From Heteronotia binoei (lineage: Eukaryota): a DNA stretch of 64,000 nucleotides. Of the stretch, positions 62,477 through 64,000 are shown piece by piece. The notes below the pieces were generated by a model. That model did no database searches. It saw only the letters and a list, made by a program, of their open reading frames with translations, and was not told the DNA's origin. The stretch is from the NCBI RefSeq assembly GCF_032191835.1, contig NC_083227.1, positions 139,004,001-139,068,000 on the forward strand. Reading direction: 5' to 3'. A program made the position numbers and the translations under genes. How positions within the stretch are numbered: the first letter of the stretch is position 1; the number at the start of each line of letters is the position of its first letter.

Positions 62477-64000
62477 AGCAAAGCAAAGCAAAGCAAAGCA
62501 AAGCAAAGCAAATTTTATTTTTATATCCCGCCCTCCCCCACCAGAAGGCGGGCTCAGGGCGGCTCACAGACATGACAAGCATGATTCGGTTAAAATAGAC
62601 AGCAATGGTTTAAATAATACAATTACATGAATTAATAAAGTTTAAAATATAAAAATAAGAGAATAGGAGATTAAAAGATATAAAAATATAAAGTAGGTAG
62701 AAATAGGTGCTATATTTCTGTCGGTCATAGTTTACATATTGTCATACATCAGTTCCAATTTCAACATAAAGTGGCTAAAATTACGATAGTTAGTCAGTTT
62801 GGTCAGGTCCTGTTCCAAATGAGAGCTGAAAAAGATGGGTTTTGCAAGCCCTGCGGAACTGATTCAGATCCCGCAGGGCTCGCACCATCTCTGGGAGTTG
62901 GTTCCACCAACGAGGGGCCATTAGTGAAAAGGCTTGCTCCCGGGTTATCTTAAGTCTGGCCTCTTTTGGCCCAGGGATTTGTAGAAGGTTTTGGGAGCTG
63001 GATCTTAGTGCTCTCTGGGGAATATATGGGGAGAGGCGGTCCCGTAGGTAGGCAGGTCCTCGGCCATATAGGGCTTTAAAGGTGATAACCAGCACCTTAT
63101 AGCGAACACGGTAGACAACCGGCAGCCAATGCAGATCCCGCAGCACAGGCTGCACGTGTTCCCATCTAGGTAGTCCCGCTAGCAGCCTGGCCGCCGCATT
63201 CTGCACTACCTGGAGTCTCCGCGTTCGACACAAGGGCAGCCCCATGTAGAGGGCATTGCAGTAGTCTAATCTTGAGGTGACCGTTGCGTGGATCACAGTT
63301 GCTAGGTCGTCGCGTTCCAAGAAGGGAGCCAACTGCCTCGCCCTTTTAAGATGAAAGAAGGCGGATCTTGCGGTGGCGGCTATCTGGGCCTCCATTGATA
63401 GCGAGGATTCCAGTAGCACCCCCAAGCTCTTGACCCTGCGCACTGGTATCAGTGGCGCACCGTCAAAAGCCGGCAGAATGATCTCCCCTTCCGGTCCGTC
63501 CCGGCCCACGCAAAGGACCTCAGTCTTCGTTGGATTCAGCTTCAGCCCACTCAGCCTGAGCCAGTCAGCCACGGCCTGTAACGCCCGGTCCAAATTTATA
63601 GGGACATCGCCAGTCCGGCCTTCCATCAATAGATAGAGCTGGGTGTCATCAGCGTACTGATGACAACCGAGCCCATACCTCCGCGCAATCTGGGCAAGGG
63701 GGCGCATAAAGATGTTAAACAATATCGGGGAGAGAACTGCTCCCTGAGGCACCCCACAGTGCAGAGGGTGTCTCTGAGACAGCTTCCCTCCAACTGCCAC
63801 CCTTTGTCCCCGATTTTCGAGGAAGGAGGAGAGCCACTGTAAGGCTAGCCCCCGAATTCCTGCGTCGGCGAGGCGGCAGGCCAGCAGCCGGTGGTCGACG
63901 ATGTCGAACGCCGCCGACAGGTCGAGCAGCAGCAATACTGCCGAGCCACCCCGATCCAGTTGCCGCCGGAGGTCATCTATGAGGGCGACCAAGACTGTTT
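62477..64000 (-). mobile_element. L2-clade LINE 3' part (continues beyond window), ORF open for 400 aa or more
   Basis: LDLSAAFD, GVPQG, YADD, DYCNAL; L2 3' end followed by a (TTTGC)7 tail. Confidence 0.9.

Noticed and set aside
59149-64000. The next upstream ACSL6 exon (expected DCGQENH-like peptide)
   Set aside because: No matching peptide with splice sites found by eye; probably lies beyond the window

Overview
Squamate (probably gecko-type lizard) genomic DNA; the taxon is inferred from Sauria SINEs, BovB, CR1 and L2 content. The minus strand carries the 3' part of ACSL6 (long-chain acyl-CoA synthetase 6): 14 coding exons from 59148 to the stop at 4966, including both mutually exclusive 78-nt gate exons (F-gate and Y-gate), which are only 61 nt apart. 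Three DIRS1-type tyrosine-recombinase retrotransposons lie in separate ACSL6 introns, all in the sense orientation: a near-intact copy (27580-33365), a moderately decayed copy (41250-47197) and an old, internally deleted copy (about 15347-20770) split by a CR1 LINE. Each retains its inverted termini and internal complementary region (ICR). The most interesting signals are inside these elements. (1) Both readable copies end gag at TT-TGA-C, with RT open in the +1 frame and the recombinase ORF open in the 0 frame, which suggests a three-way recoding junction. (2) A stop-free dual-coding overlap runs for about 1.9 kb. (3) A 5' splice-site consensus sits near the 3' terminus of all three elements. 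(4) The RT lesion in the youngest copy looks like a self-templated insertion. The rest is a typical squamate repeat landscape (CR1, L2, BovB, SINEs, hAT MITEs) plus some unexplained hairpins. I could not check novelty against the literature or databases.
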